A stretch of 64,000 nucleotides of DNA from a virus. A model generated the notes under the pieces. The model saw nothing but the letters and a program-made list of their open reading frames with translations. It searched no databases and had not been told where the DNA came from. This document shows, in pieces, positions 21,425 to 31,717 of this stretch. Both the position numbers and the translations under genes were made by a program. The number at the start of each line of letters is the position of its first letter. The stretch's first letter is position 1. The stretch spans positions 33,730 through 97,729 of IMG/VR virus record IMGVR_UViG_3300033153_016044. The stretch is one strand, 5' to 3'.

Positions 21425-22642
21425 TTATTCTCTCCTACCCTGCAGGGTTCCTCCCGGCTTCTTATCAACTACGCGCTTACCAGTAAAGCCATCTGGTCTG
21501 CGAGCCTTTTTAAATACCACATCCTGCGAACCTATTACTCTTCTGGAATTACCATCCGACCTTAGGTCCTGCTCAGATATTACTCCGTACTTCTTAATCT
21601 TTCCTCTTTGATGAGCCAAGAACTTTTTCTGCAGTGGACCATTCAGGTCATTAACCTCAGCGGTAGTGGGCACATATGTATCTTTTGCTATGCCCATCTT
21701 GGCTGACCTATTCATATCCGCCTGAGCCTGAGGGTTAGTAATAATGCCAACTTCAGAATGTCTCCAGATTCTCTTGCTTCCAGTCTTACCTATATTGCTC
21801 TTGCCAGACTCTGTGTCTTTCATCTTTCTCTTTTTCGCCTGGTCCTCGAACCATTTATCTAAGGCTTCGTCATCATCTATTACATCTTGGCTTGGCCTAT
21901 CCATTGATTCATATGCAACATCATAGACCTGACTCCAATAAACTAACGCGTCCTGGTCGTTGGTTAACTCCTTTAGTGGCTTTCCGAATAGGTCCCCAGA
22001 TGCCTTGTATGCTGCCCATCTGAATCTCCAATTGGAAGACCTCGCCATTTCTCTTATCTGACCAACGGTAGTTTGTTTCTTATTAAAGACGGCAATGGTG
22101 GCATTCCTAATTAGCTTGTCATCTATTTCATTTAGGAAGTCTTCCCACTCAGGCCAGTATCTTTTGTCAGGGCTCCTATATAGAGAGGAGAAGATTGATG
22201 CATTAACTCTCTGCGTTCCGGCGTATGTCTCAAGAGAGTTAGTGAAGTGATTTGACTTTATATGTTCTTTCTTATTCAGCTCTTTTGTTAGTGTGTTCTT
22301 TAGCTTAAGGCTTAGCTTCTTCTCTCTCTTGCTAATATCTTCACCTAAAGTTTCATTAATTCTAGAGAGGCTAATCTTTAAGTTCTGAATTTCCTTATTA
22401 TCCTTCTTTGTCCAGACGCCACATGTTTCCAAAAAAACAGCAAGCTCGCTAGAAGGCATGAGATTATTCTCTCTACCCTCAGCTAAAGCTTGCTCGTATA
22501 TAAATTCAATCCAGATTTTGTCTTGTAATTCCAGGTCTTTTGAGATAAGAATTTTTTTCCTATTCTTACTGTCCTCGATACTAACATACCGTCTACCCCA
22601 CAGTATATTATTTAATAGCTTCGAAGTCTCCGCTTTCATCAC
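21425..22642 (-). CDS. putative tail assembly chaperone (long paralog with C-terminal extension)
   Basis: Directly follows tail tube; AGGAGG RBS; paralog of 20415..21113. Confidence 0.6.
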   Translation of the reverse strand: MMKAETSKLLNNILWGRRYVSIEDSKNRKKILISKDLELQDKIWIEFIYEQALAEGRENNLMPSSELAVFLETCGVWTKKDNKEIQNLKISLSRINETLGEDISKREKKLSLKLKNTLTKELNKKEHIKSNHFTNSLETYAGTQRVNASIFSSLYRSPDKRYWPEWEDFLNEIDDKLIRNATIAVFNKKQTTVGQIREMARSSNWRFRWAAYKASGDLFGKPLKELTNDQDALVYWSQVYDVAYESMDRPSQDVIDDDEALDKWFEDQAKKRKMKDTESGKSNIGKTGSKRIWRHSEVGIITNPQAQADMNRSAKMGIAKDTYVPTTAEVNDLNGPLQKKFLAHQRGKIKKYGVISEQDLRSDGNSRRVIGSQDVVFKKARRPDGFTGKRVVDKKPGGTLQGRRE

Positions 22643-22650
22643 CGCCTCCT

Positions 22651-22690
22651 AAAAGGCAAAAGGGGGACGAGCTTACACCTCGCCCCCCCC
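22651..22690 (-). terminator. intrinsic terminator after tail tube
   Basis: Minus strand GGGGGGCGAG-GTGTAAG-CTCGTCCCCC followed by TTTTGCCTTTT. Confidence 0.8.
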
Positions 22691-22706
22691 TGTTCCATAT
22701 TCTTTA

Positions 22707-23840
22707 TTAGCTGAATGTGCTATGAGTAATAGTCAAATCGTTGAAGTTACTATAGTTGTAAGTAACTGTCATGTTACCTCCACCAGCTTCACCACCAGCC
22801 ATGTCAACAGACTGCAGGCGGTTCTTGGTGCCAAGGTTAATGTTCAGCCCCTCACACAAGCAAACAATGATTTCTTCATTGACCGTGTTGTTGGTTCTAT
22901 TACAATCCAAATCCTCAAAAGCGACAGCATCAATGAAGTCACCCTGAGACGTCACAACTTCAACAGAAGTGGTTACCTCAAGAGGGAATGTAACGAACTT
23001 AGTGAATGGTCTCTTCTTGCCAAGCTCGAAGATATCCTCACGACCAAGGTCGCTAGAGATTGTAATGGTCTGAATGTGCTCAACAATACCAGCCAGTGTT
23101 CCAGACGAACTAACGCCAGGAATCTGAGTAGGTAGTCTAGAACAATCTAGGTCAAAGCTCTCACGTCTCTGAACACCGGAACCAATAACCTGAGCATCCT
23201 CTAGGTTCTGGAACTGAAGTCCACCGGGGAAGCCCACGGGAGTAGCAGCATCAGATGCGCCCTCAGCAGGCAGTGCATCAGCAGCGCCAGTAACACCTTC
23301 GTAATCAGCCCAAATCTTATCGTTACCTACCAGAGTAATAGACTCTGTGAAGTTACCATCGACTGGGAAGGTATAGTTGACGGAACTAATGAACATTCCG
23401 GAACCAAGAACCATCGAGATTGGGTTTCCAGAAGCTCTAGTCTGCGTATCAGAATAGATGCTAATTGCGACGTCAGTCTGGTAATCAGCAGTTCTATCTG
23501 TTAGTAGAGTAGTTCCTCGCTCAGTAGCCATGAACCAAAGAGGTTTCGTTCCATCAAGAACCTTCTCAACGGTAACCTCAATCTCAGGCTCTGCTTCAAT
23601 GAACTCATAAATCTCCAACTGACCAAGCTCAAACACTTGCTCAAAGTTGAATGTAGTAGTCATACCAACAGACTGTGCTCCACGAGCAACTTCCCAAAGG
23701 GGCTGGTTTCTGACTCCCGTAATTTCTACGTCTACGCCAGGCTGGATAACCACAACTTCGTTAGTTGGGTCGGCTCCACCACCTGCGTTATTTTTAAAGG
23801 CCACACTGTGTATGGCATAGAAAACTCTTTGATTTGGAAT
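22707..23840 (-). CDS. major tail tube protein; probable non-canonical ATT start (MPNQRVFYAIHSVAF...)
   Basis: Two internally repeated tube-like halves (EQVFELGQ / EDIFELGK); followed by a terminator; GGAGA RBS 7 nt before ATT at 23840, with an in-frame TAA just upstream. Confidence 0.75.
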   Translation of the reverse strand: MPNQRVFYAIHSVAFKNNAGGGADPTNEVVVIQPGVDVEITGVRNQPLWEVARGAQSVGMTTTFNFEQVFELGQLEIYEFIEAEPEIEVTVEKVLDGTKPLWFMATERGTTLLTDRTADYQTDVAISIYSDTQTRASGNPISMVLGSGMFISSVNYTFPVDGNFTESITLVGNDKIWADYEGVTGAADALPAEGASDAATPVGFPGGLQFQNLEDAQVIGSGVQRRESFDLDCSRLPTQIPGVSSSGTLAGIVEHIQTITISSDLGREDIFELGKKRPFTKFVTFPLEVTTSVEVVTSQGDFIDAVAFEDLDCNRTNNTVNEEIIVCLCEGLNINLGTKNRLQSVDMAGGEAGGGNMTVTYNYSNFNDLTITHSTFS

Positions 23841-23868
23841 TTAATCTTCTCCATTGGTAGCTAAGGAA

Positions 23869-24546
23869 TTATTCCTTCCTAGGTCTACTCTCTACGGAAT
23901 CGCGAATTAATATCCACTCACTGAGTAACTTTGCGCCTTTACTTAAGTTACACGATTCACATGCTATCGTAACATTATTAATACAATTTTGGCCGGCTCT
24001 TGATAAAGGAATAATGTGGTCTATAGTTAATTTAACTTCAACTTTTCCACAATACTCACAATACGGATGCCGGGCTAACAACTCTTCTATCTGTTTAAAG
24101 CTCAGGGTATTATTGCCATTTATTCTTGCCCACTCTCTTGTTCTGTGTGAGCTGGCTTTACTTTGGTTCCTAGCACGCTCAAGATTATTATGATACCAAG
24201 ACTTCCAGTAATCTCTAATCCTTTGCCTATTAAGCTTTACGTATTCCTTATGTCTCTCTGAGATATATTCTTTATTATTAATACGCCAGGCCTTATCCTG
24301 CTGAGCTTTCTTTACCTTAGCTTCAGGCCTCTGTCTTAGTTCAGAACGACGTTTAAGAATCTCATCATTATTTTCTTGGTAATGGTTCCTAACTCTAGCA
24401 ATTACCTTTTCTTGATTGGCTAAGTAATATTCCTTATTGCAGGCTTTACACTTAGGCTGACGTCCATCGGTTTTATTGCGAGCATTCTTAGCAAACTTAT
24501 CTAACTGCTTTGCTTTGAAGCATCTCGTGCATTTCTTAACGCGCAT
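23869..24546 (-). CDS. free-standing HNH (homing) endonuclease with an N-terminal CxxC..CxxC zinc finger
   Basis: CEYCG...TIDHIIPLSRAGQNCINNVTIACESCNLSKG HNH motif. Confidence 0.9.
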   Translation of the reverse strand: MRVKKCTRCFKAKQLDKFAKNARNKTDGRQPKCKACNKEYYLANQEKVIARVRNHYQENNDEILKRRSELRQRPEAKVKKAQQDKAWRINNKEYISERHKEYVKLNRQRIRDYWKSWYHNNLERARNQSKASSHRTREWARINGNNTLSFKQIEELLARHPYCEYCGKVEVKLTIDHIIPLSRAGQNCINNVTIACESCNLSKGAKLLSEWILIRDSVESRPRKE

Positions 24547-24570
24547 AGAATATTCGACCGTCCTTTCCTA

Positions 24571-24584
24571 CTATATAATACACC
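24571..24584 (-). promoter_or_regulatory. putative late promoter GGTGTATTATATAG upstream of HNH/tail tube
   Basis: One of 7 intergenic copies of GGTGTAT+AT-rich, each upstream of a gene start. Confidence 0.7.
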
Positions 24585-24586
24585 GC

Positions 24587-25513
24587 CTAGAAGTTCGGAT
24601 ACACCCTTATAAGAAAATTAATCTGTGTTCTTTCAATATTATAAAAAGGAGTGACTCTCCTGGAATCAATCTCGTCAATATAGATGCGTCTCCAGAAATG
24701 AGGACTACCCAAGTTGGCAAGCGTATCATAACTACTGAATGCTAGATTCTTATCGTTACGATAATCAAGGGGATAAGGAGCTGTATTAAAGTCTATGCCT
24801 AAGGCGACAACATGTTCTTGTGAACCAACCAAATCTTCTATCTGGTCCCTAGTATAGTCATCCCTAGCCCATACGATAAGGGAGCCTTGTAGGTCTAGCC
24901 TGTTCGATGCGTTACCTAGCTCATAAGAGTCATAGCTCATTTGGGTTACGTCAATCATTACCATAGGAAGAGTTCTGCTGTTCTCTTCTGGGAACGTTAT
25001 AACTCCTGTCTGGTATGGGTTGTCTTTATATGCAGTTTCAAAATAGAATTCTTTTTGTTCATTCTCAAACGTCGCAGCTAGGGCAACCGTTATTTCTTTA
25101 TAGGAGAACTCTCCCTGAACAGTCGACGTCAGGGTAATGGGGGTGTCAAATATGACACGTCCGTTACGGTAGTCTAGAGCGTGTGAGAAGGCCGGATTAA
25201 AGCCCGGGGCTGCTGAGTCCTTTGGGTAGAATACACCGTCCACAGTGACCCCTGAGGCGACGAGAGGGGGTGTTGTTGTTGACTCTGTAGGTATGATTCC
25301 GCTCTCGTGAACCCACTCTTTAAATGCCGATTGCCAGACCCTCCCATCTGCATAGGAAAAGTCCGATACATTAATCATCTCACTTATATCTCTGCTGTAA
25401 ACATCAGTCTCGCCAGTAGATACGTCTGTGAAAAATCCATCCTTAAGGAATAGGTTATTCAGCCATAGGTCAAGGTTTGATTTGACCAAAGCTTTGCGTC
25501 TTAATCTCGGCAT
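24587..25513 (-). CDS. putative tail terminator/completion protein
   Basis: Position before the tube; LPMVMID...YELG...RDQIEDL pattern. Confidence 0.55.
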   Translation of the reverse strand: MPRLRRKALVKSNLDLWLNNLFLKDGFFTDVSTGETDVYSRDISEMINVSDFSYADGRVWQSAFKEWVHESGIIPTESTTTPPLVASGVTVDGVFYPKDSAAPGFNPAFSHALDYRNGRVIFDTPITLTSTVQGEFSYKEITVALAATFENEQKEFYFETAYKDNPYQTGVITFPEENSRTLPMVMIDVTQMSYDSYELGNASNRLDLQGSLIVWARDDYTRDQIEDLVGSQEHVVALGIDFNTAPYPLDYRNDKNLAFSSYDTLANLGSPHFWRRIYIDEIDSRRVTPFYNIERTQINFLIRVYPNF

Positions 25514-25514
25514 A

Positions 25515-26291
25515 TTAACCCTCCACGATACTGTTTCTGATACTCTTTGCTATTTTGTTTTTAAATGCTGCGGACCTTAAGGACTTACCTATCTCAGCTA
25601 GTAGCTTACCAAAGGTGTTAGCTCGCCCCCTGCCGCGAAATGTAAATTGCTGTGCAGGAATCTTCAGCTTACCTACGGGGACCATGTGTCCAAGTCCGGT
25701 TCTAGAGAAGTTAGGATTAAAGTCAGGTCCTCCAGTTACGAAGGCAAACTCTGTTTCACCATCTGGGTATTCTCTTGTCTGCTCAGTGGGGACGCCATCT
25801 ATGAGATTTTGCATCCATGAGATTTGAAAATCTGAATCCCCTCTCTTTCGAGATATATATGTTGACCTAAAGTTATTAAAGAAACTATCTAAATTAATCG
25901 TATATGTAATTCTTCCGAAGTTACCAGCTCTAGCCTTTCTAAAAGAAGACGATAGTGCTGCGATTCCTTTTCCTTTAATAGGCCTAAGCAATGTCCAGGC
26001 AGCATCTTCACCAGCATACTTTTGCGTTGATGGTCTGCCGGCCTGACTTCCTGTAGATGACTGACCAATTCCAAGAAAGCCAACCAGGTCATCCCCACCT
26101 TCGGGACCTCTGTCTGGTCTGAATAAATCTTGGTTATTATTAACAGTCTTTTCTATTTGACTTAGTGCTAAGTTCTCCACTGAAGCCTTTAGCTTCCTAG
26201 AAGAAAGACCTGCGAGTATAGCATCCCTTAAGATTTTTTCTGCTCTGTCCAAGTTTATTGAAGCACTAACTGATTCAGGTATCTTAGCCAT
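25515..26291 (-). CDS. putative neck/tail completion protein
   Basis: Basic 258-aa protein in the neck position. Confidence 0.45.
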   Translation of the reverse strand: MAKIPESVSASINLDRAEKILRDAILAGLSSRKLKASVENLALSQIEKTVNNNQDLFRPDRGPEGGDDLVGFLGIGQSSTGSQAGRPSTQKYAGEDAAWTLLRPIKGKGIAALSSSFRKARAGNFGRITYTINLDSFFNNFRSTYISRKRGDSDFQISWMQNLIDGVPTEQTREYPDGETEFAFVTGGPDFNPNFSRTGLGHMVPVGKLKIPAQQFTFRGRGRANTFGKLLAEIGKSLRSAAFKNKIAKSIRNSIVEG

Positions 26292-26818
26292 TATCTATTA
26301 ACTACCTTCCACCAAGTTATGGCATAGAGAAGAGGAGCTTTACCGAAGCCAGTGCGCTTAGGCTCTCTAAATAGTTCTACGTTAACCTCATCTATAGTCG
26401 CACCAACAGATTGTCTTAGGTGGTCTATCGAAGAGTAAACTGTCTTTGTTCTCACAAAGTTTGCCCCCTTTCTTCCTGGTGCAAAAGTCTCCTGTGTATT
26501 TCGTGTGCTCTCATTAAATGGCTCTTCTGTCCACCTAATGTTTGCCACGTATACTGTTTGATTATTCTCTACTAAGAATCCTTGACCCTTACATGTCTCG
26601 CAAATCTTACCGTTTGTTCCAATGTATCTCTGGTAGGTTGAATTATATTTGCAGTTTACATCTGGGCATGCACTTTTACTAGCAGGAAGATGAATAGTTA
26701 TATCTCTTCCTAGTCCAACCAGCACTGTATCCATAGAGTTTTGAAATGCTGGTTTGAAGTCAATTAGATTGCCAGATGGCAAAGTAGGAAATGATTGAGA
26801 GTTTGGTATTATAGCCAT
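26291..26818 (-). CDS. putative head closure protein with a Cys4 zinc-finger insert
   Basis: CPDVNC...CETCKGQG; neck position. Confidence 0.5.
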   Translation of the reverse strand: MAIIPNSQSFPTLPSGNLIDFKPAFQNSMDTVLVGLGRDITIHLPASKSACPDVNCKYNSTYQRYIGTNGKICETCKGQGFLVENNQTVYVANIRWTEEPFNESTRNTQETFAPGRKGANFVRTKTVYSSIDHLRQSVGATIDEVNVELFREPKRTGFGKAPLLYAITWWKVVNR

Positions 26819-26823
26819 AAGGA

Positions 26824-27204
26824 TTACCAGATATCATATCCACAAGTTCTTTTAAGTTTTTCTATTATCATTTCTTTTTTGTATGTCGCGCAGGGGCCGT
26901 ATTCGCTATCAAAGAATTTACTTCTAGCGTCTCCCTTTCCTCTATTATCAAGCGCCTGTTCTCCATCCACAACTCTAATGCCGATTTGGTCACTATTTAA
27001 ATCATAGCTAAAGTCTCTCTGAGATAGTAAGCACTCAGACTGCATTAGAACTAAGTCTTCTAGTGTACCGTCCTGTGGTGTAATACATCCGGACGCATCA
27101 ACAACAATTTCATCATTTGTATTAAATAGACACAACTCTCTATTAACTCTTCTTGCGGCCTTCCTTAAGATGGCGAGTAGTTGTGCATCACTAAGTCTTG
27201 GCAT
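26824..27204 (-). CDS. putative head-tail adaptor
   Basis: 126-aa helical protein (LSDAQLLAIL) at the start of the neck block. Confidence 0.5.
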   Translation of the reverse strand: MPRLSDAQLLAILRKAARRVNRELCLFNTNDEIVVDASGCITPQDGTLEDLVLMQSECLLSQRDFSYDLNSDQIGIRVVDGEQALDNRGKGDARSKFFDSEYGPCATYKKEMIIEKLKRTCGYDIW

Positions 27205-27271
27205 CTTGCATCTCCTTTTCTAAATCTTTCGGTAAATTCAGCCATTACTATCCTCTATTCATTTTGTTATT

Positions 27272-29539
27272 TTAAGTTATAGTATTACCATCTGTAAATC
27301 CAACTCCCTCAATACTCATTGCAATCATGGTTAATTGACTACCTATAGACGTAGGCGTCATTTCCATAAAAATAAAATCTCCTGCATAATAATCAGAAAT
27401 ATCAACTCCTGTAAATTCTGCGACTACAACATTAGACTTATTAGTAGATGGATTTGGCGTTACAATAGGACTACTCGGTGGATTAATAGGTGTAAGGGAA
27501 TCTGTTAGGGCAGCAACACTTATATCTCTTCCTATTGGAACCTTTCCTCCTGCCGGGTCTGCAATAAGATTTTCAACTGTCTCTGCCGGAACATAAAGCA
27601 TTTCGATAGTGCTTGTACCACCACTAGAGTGAAAGCCATAATACAACTTTATAGTAACAGGATGGGCCGTACATGTTCCTTGTGGTATAATCAGAAAAGA
27701 CTCAACCGTATCTCCTGTATTATCTAACTTCCCCTTTTCAAGCTTCTGGTTCCACCCTGTCCCTCCTGCTCCTAAATCAATATCACTATTAGTTAAATTA
27801 GTGCCTTGCCACTTTACCTGAGATACATCAACATTTTTCGTCCACATAGCAAGACCTTTAGCTAAACGATTACCTCGATTATTAATCGTTGTATGAGAAG
27901 GTATCAGCTTCATCCTTTCAAGTACAGGTGCTGTAGTTATGGTAGTGGCAATTCTTACACGCATCCAGTGACCTAAAGTTCCGTTAATAGTCGTCTCAGG
28001 CCAAGTAGTACTCCCATCAATTCCTACAAATATTGATTCATCGCTACTTGCTCTAATAAATACATTATTAGCATATCTATACCCTTCTTCATTACTTACC
28101 GCCATTACATTAATTTCTGTCCAAGTATTTGCTGCTGTTTGAATTTCCCAAATATAAGTTCCACCAACACCTGCAATAGTTTGGTCTAACTCAACTCCCC
28201 AGGATTTAAGTTTATTCCCCGTATTATCTGTCCGGTTAGTACACCAAAGAATGCTGTGCCCCGCCGTTAAGCCTTGAAAAGAAAAAGTAGAACCCGACTT
28301 GCTTTCTGCTTCTACTGATTCATCAACAAACGTACTTCCATTATTACTTGGACTTGCTGTATTATCAGTTGTTAACACGGTATTATTTTTAGAATAGCTA
28401 ATTCCCTCTCCAGCACTCCATCCACTTCCAAACTCTGGATGACCGATGGCCATCTTTGCTCCCCACAATTGCCAAGTAGCATTTTCTGTGTCATCAGACT
28501 TAGTAAAAAATGTCCATGCGTGGTCAGCATCAAACCATGTATCAGGAATACTAAACTTTGGCTCCATATGGAGAGATAGACGAACAGTACCCGTAGCTCC
28601 TGTTAATCCTGAATCAATAAGAATATTAAAGGTAGATGCTTCAAATAAACCCCCCGTTACTCGCACGTCCGCAGAATTATCTGAAATGCGAAGGGCATTT
28701 GTCATATTAAATAGGTTAACACCAATACCAATAAATATAGCGTCCAACACTTGTACGCCAGTTGTTATTGTTGGGGCTCCCATATTAGGATGAATGATTT
28801 GTCCTCTTGCTCCACCACTAAGCCTAATACCTACTGCCACTGCTCCAGCAGTTCCGGGTACATGGCACGAATCAAGTGCTAGAACACCCGCAGTAGCCTC
28901 AATGATAGCATCACAATCTCCGGTCCCGTATCGAACTTCACTTGCGATAAGTTTGCCCGCGCCACTAAGCCGCAAACCAACACCATTCGCACCAGCGCCA
29001 TTCAATGTTATATTTAATATCGTAGCAACCCCGGCAGCAGCAGTCACGGATACCGCTGGCACTGCATCAGTTGTCATCGTAACTGTGAATCCGTCTAACT
29101 TTCCTCCTGCGGCTACTGTCACCCTAGTTCCAGTAACTGCCGCACCGCTAATAGTGGTAACCGTCCAGCCACCCTCAGACTGCAATACGACATCAGTAGG
29201 AACACTTAAGCCGCTCTCAGCGTATGTGCCTGGTCTCACGATTACAGCATCACCAGGCGCAGCAGCAGCAAGCGCGGCGGCAATCGTCAAATACGGAAGG
29301 TCAAGCCGATTAGGTAATGCTGTTCCATTATCTCCAGCCTTGTCTACCCAATTGATATTCGTAGTGGTTAAAACTGCAGTGGCTATTACTCCCGTTAAAG
29401 AAGCTTGGTCCACAAACGTTGGATTATTTTGGTCACTCCAAGCAAGCACTTGGCCTGGCCCTCCAACAACTACAGTAGTACTATCACCATCTGTGAATGC
29501 CATTAGTCCACTAGTTGCGCTTTCTCCTTGCCATGTCAT
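27272..29539 (-). CDS. virion-associated beta-helix (pectate-lyase-like fold) fibre or depolymerase-like protein
   Basis: PYLTIAAALAAAAPGDAVIVRPGTY beta-helix cap motif; TAATG-coupled start at 29539. Confidence 0.6.
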   Translation of the reverse strand: MTWQGESATSGLMAFTDGDSTTVVVGGPGQVLAWSDQNNPTFVDQASLTGVIATAVLTTTNINWVDKAGDNGTALPNRLDLPYLTIAAALAAAAPGDAVIVRPGTYAESGLSVPTDVVLQSEGGWTVTTISGAAVTGTRVTVAAGGKLDGFTVTMTTDAVPAVSVTAAAGVATILNITLNGAGANGVGLRLSGAGKLIASEVRYGTGDCDAIIEATAGVLALDSCHVPGTAGAVAVGIRLSGGARGQIIHPNMGAPTITTGVQVLDAIFIGIGVNLFNMTNALRISDNSADVRVTGGLFEASTFNILIDSGLTGATGTVRLSLHMEPKFSIPDTWFDADHAWTFFTKSDDTENATWQLWGAKMAIGHPEFGSGWSAGEGISYSKNNTVLTTDNTASPSNNGSTFVDESVEAESKSGSTFSFQGLTAGHSILWCTNRTDNTGNKLKSWGVELDQTIAGVGGTYIWEIQTAANTWTEINVMAVSNEEGYRYANNVFIRASSDESIFVGIDGSTTWPETTINGTLGHWMRVRIATTITTAPVLERMKLIPSHTTINNRGNRLAKGLAMWTKNVDVSQVKWQGTNLTNSDIDLGAGGTGWNQKLEKGKLDNTGDTVESFLIIPQGTCTAHPVTIKLYYGFHSSGGTSTIEMLYVPAETVENLIADPAGGKVPIGRDISVAALTDSLTPINPPSSPIVTPNPSTNKSNVVVAEFTGVDISDYYAGDFIFMEMTPTSIGSQLTMIAMSIEGVGFTDGNTIT

Positions 29540-30240
29540 TAGATTATATTCCACTCCGTTCCGTTCCACAGAAGACAGTATGCCTGATAATTCTGTGCTA
29601 ACAGAACCGTAGATACTCCATCTATAGTAACTCCACTACTGGGGGCTATAGTTATATTATTAGTATTTGCACTACCGTCTCCATCTTTGATTATTAATTC
29701 TTGTCCGAAGAGTGGAACGCTAGGTAGATTTACGGTTGTAGGACCACCTGTCTTTACTATTACTCTATTATTATCTGAATCTAGATTTATTATAGTTCCA
29801 GATGTAAAAATTTCTATCTCATTTGAAGGCTTCTTCCACTGTAGAAAATTTCCACTTGAGATACCGAGGAACTGCCCAGGTATTCCAATTGGAAATCTTA
29901 ACCACGATGGCCCTGCTCCAGACGCAACAATTATATCTCCAACTACAGGAGATGCCACCACTGTATCAAGGTGAACAGAAGATAGTAGATTATGTGGACC
30001 AATTCCACTAGCGCCTGCACCAGATGCAGACGGAGCCCACTGACTTCCATCAAACGTCAGTACATCACCAAACACAGGGATGGCAGTAGAAACTGACTGC
30101 CCCTGTAGTCCAATGACTAGTAAATTATCTATAGGACCAGTAACATCTCCGTTAGGAAATTCCCAATCTGTTCTTGCAATACCTCCGCCAATATTGATGG
30201 TCCAAAAAGCACCACTTGGAGCGTACCCTGCCCAGGACAT
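29539..30240 (-). CDS. head fibre/decoration-type protein (paralog family A)
   Basis: Shared C-terminal TVNLP..GQELIIKD..IDG..WNII domain; HNLLS..HLDT motif. Confidence 0.6.
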   Translation of the reverse strand: MSWAGYAPSGAFWTINIGGGIARTDWEFPNGDVTGPIDNLLVIGLQGQSVSTAIPVFGDVLTFDGSQWAPSASGAGASGIGPHNLLSSVHLDTVVASPVVGDIIVASGAGPSWLRFPIGIPGQFLGISSGNFLQWKKPSNEIEIFTSGTIINLDSDNNRVIVKTGGPTTVNLPSVPLFGQELIIKDGDGSANTNNITIAPSSGVTIDGVSTVLLAQNYQAYCLLWNGTEWNII

Positions 30241-30265
30241 ATGTCCTCCTCTTAGCTAAAATAGA

Positions 30266-31120
30266 TTATAGAACATTCCACATAGCACCAGTATATACCA
30301 AAGAGAAAGCTGCATATGCATTCTTGATTTGAACCTGAGTGTTACCATCGATATTGTTGCCGTTTCCACCAATTGTAATTCTATTTGCACCACTAGAGTT
30401 TCCGTTAGAATCTTTAATGTAATATAGCTGACCAATAAATGGAGACGCAGGCAGTGTAATTGTTGCCGGAGCAGAATCAACTAGCACCACGTTATCTGCA
30501 TCTGTTAATGTTCTTGAACCGCCACTTGTAACATGATATGCTTGACCACCAACCCAGTTTGTTCTTAGATTTCCACCATCAAGTGTCATTAGTCCAGAAC
30601 CACCAGCCGAGCCAACAAGCTCATCTCCTACCGCAGCAGACCAACCAGTATTCAAGTCTCCGGTAAAAGTCATTGCAGGAGCTGCTTCTGTTCCTAGACT
30701 AAATGGAGTAACTGCTCCAAGTCTAGTATAAGCGACATCTGTTCCATCCGAGAACAGAACAAACTCGTTAGTTCCTAGAGTTAACTCATTCCATTCCGGG
30801 GTAGAGTCTCCATAGATTATAGAACCCCTAGTGACAGCCGCAGTAGCAGTGTCGGTGTGAGTTCCTGATAGCAATCCGTGAGGTGCCCCGCCAGCGCCAG
30901 AGGCGTCTGGTGCAAGGGCCCACTTATTACCGTCCCACTTTAAAATCTGGTCTAATATAGGTGTGCCTTGCTCAACTGGGAAGCCAGCAATACCACTTAC
31001 AATTGTATTAAATAGTCCACCAGCAACGTCACCCTCTAGGACTCCATAGTCATTTAATACTGGGCCATCGCCTAGCGAGAAGAAAATATTTCCGCTAGTA
31101 GAAATTCCTGGATAACTCAT
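30266..31120 (-). CDS. head fibre/decoration-type protein (paralog family A)
   Basis: TITLP..GQLYYIKD..IDG..WNVL; HGLLSGTHTDT. Confidence 0.6.
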   Translation of the reverse strand: MSYPGISTSGNIFFSLGDGPVLNDYGVLEGDVAGGLFNTIVSGIAGFPVEQGTPILDQILKWDGNKWALAPDASGAGGAPHGLLSGTHTDTATAAVTRGSIIYGDSTPEWNELTLGTNEFVLFSDGTDVAYTRLGAVTPFSLGTEAAPAMTFTGDLNTGWSAAVGDELVGSAGGSGLMTLDGGNLRTNWVGGQAYHVTSGGSRTLTDADNVVLVDSAPATITLPASPFIGQLYYIKDSNGNSSGANRITIGGNGNNIDGNTQVQIKNAYAAFSLVYTGAMWNVL

Positions 31121-31135
31121 AATTTATCTCCTATT

Positions 31136-31633
31136 TTAAACAATACTCCACTCTGTGCCGTTCCAAGTTAGCATAATGGCCTGTTTATTCTGTGTCATAA
31201 TGAAAGAACTGAATCCGTCTATTAAATTAACGCCTGCTGTGACCGTGATGTTATTAATTGAAGCATCACCTTTTATATCCTTGATAATAATCACTTGTCC
31301 TAAAATAGGCGTATCGGAAAGTGTTATAGTTGTTGGTCCAGCAACAGTAGGATTAACAAAAATCCACACGTCATCTTGGAGTTGCGTATAGGTATTTGCA
31401 TTAACTATTATTGTTCCCCAAATTTCAGGAGCTTCTGGGTTCGGAAGAGGAGGATTTACAATGCCAAAATCAACTCCTTCATCATCTCCAATATCTACTC
31501 TTATATCTGTAAGTAGTAAATACGTTTGTCCACAAATATTCTGAATCGGCGCCGGAGGAGATACAGTGCCAGAGCCATAAATAACATCTTCATCATCTCC
31601 AGTATCAAGTCTTAAATCATTTATAAGGCTCAT
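31136..31633 (-). CDS. structural protein (paralog family A) with a duplicated N-terminal D(L/I)R(L/V)DxGDD motif
   Basis: TITLSD..GQVIIIKD..IDG..WSIV. Confidence 0.6.
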   Translation of the reverse strand: MSLINDLRLDTGDDEDVIYGSGTVSPPAPIQNICGQTYLLLTDIRVDIGDDEGVDFGIVNPPLPNPEAPEIWGTIIVNANTYTQLQDDVWIFVNPTVAGPTTITLSDTPILGQVIIIKDIKGDASINNITVTAGVNLIDGFSSFIMTQNKQAIMLTWNGTEWSIV

Positions 31634-31690
31634 TATGTTATTCCATTAGATTATATTTGTATTTAGCTTTGTCAATAGACGCTATTCCTA

Positions 31691-31704
31691 TATTAATATA
31701 CACC
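31691..31704 (-). promoter_or_regulatory. putative late promoter GGTGTATATTAATA
   Basis: Motif copy upstream of 31633. Confidence 0.65.
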
Positions 31705-31717
31705 AATTTTATTATTG

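Noticed and set aside
23869-24546. HNH inside a group I intron
   Set aside because: Flanks are only tens of bases and contain a promoter and RBS, leaving no room for an intron core; flanking genes look intact
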